Shown here one piece after another: positions 52,528-52,684 of a stretch of DNA of 52,684 nt. Under the pieces are notes generated by a model that saw only the letters and a program-made list of their open reading frames with translations, made no database searches and had not been told where the DNA came from. The position numbers and the translations under genes are program-made. Position 1 is the first letter of the stretch; each line of letters opens with the position of its first letter. Source of the DNA: a virus; the IMG/VR virus record IMGVR_UViG_3300044455_000043, positions 1-52,684 of that record. One strand, given 5' to 3'.

Positions 52528-52684
52528 ATGCCAAAGCTCATCAGATTAACCGAAGTTCTCAAAGACGGTGACGGAACCAAAACCCAGCCGATGCTCGTGC
52601 AATCCGACTTCATCGGCACCGTCACAGTCGGCAAACTGGAGAAGGCGACAGCCGGCGGCATCCATCTGATCGGCAAGACGGAGA
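52528..52684 (+). CDS. 5' part of a small hypothetical head-module protein. It continues at 1..216 and is 81 aa counted from ATG 52528.
   Basis: The frame opens after TAA at 52480-52482. In-frame ATGs lie at 52513 and 52528. The frame is continuous with frame 1 of the window start through the 127-bp overlap. Confidence 0.5.
   Translation, partial: MPKLIRLTEVLKDGDGTKTQPMLVQSDFIGTVTVGKLEKATAGGIHLIGKTE
52558..52684. repeat. Terminal overlap, copy 2 (identical to 1-127).
   Basis: Same comparison as copy 1. An ORF reads through the junction in frame. Confidence 0.95.

Overview
The window is a complete, self-closing genome of a tailed dsDNA phage. Bases 1-127 are identical to 52558-52684, so the unique length is 52557 bp. 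I found no integrase, tRNA, rRNA or CRISPR array by eye.

Layout:
- A divergent control region lies at about 40.4-40.56 kb.
- A rightward (+) late arm starts at 40563 and wraps through the contig ends to 23005. It carries a terS-like gene, terL, the portal, a scaffold-like protein, the putative major capsid, a four-gene lysis cassette, at least five fibre/collar-type tail genes, and internal-virion-like proteins ending in a 1757-aa giant protein.
- A leftward (-) arm runs from 40384 to 22953. It is tightly coupled, with about 18 four-base ATGA/GTGA start-stop overlaps. It encodes an ArdA-like acidic protein, small membrane proteins, ERF plus a YqaJ-type exonuclease, a Lar-like protein, VRR-NUC, and XRE plus GIY-YIG.
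- The leftward arm ends in a roughly 7.2-kb cluster of 4-5 putative glycosyltransferases and 3 SAM-methyltransferases.
- A small inverted island with two DNA methyltransferases (43007-44754, -) splits terS from terL.

Most interesting signals:
- The phage-borne glycan/methylation cluster.
- A DnaN (beta-clamp)-like domain inside the giant virion-module protein.
- A coiled-coil protein with unimolecular-spanin topology.
- A perfect 108-bp duplication seeding two membrane-protein genes.
- A layered anti-restriction gene set.

All functional calls rest on motif recognition by eye and on gene context. No database search was run.
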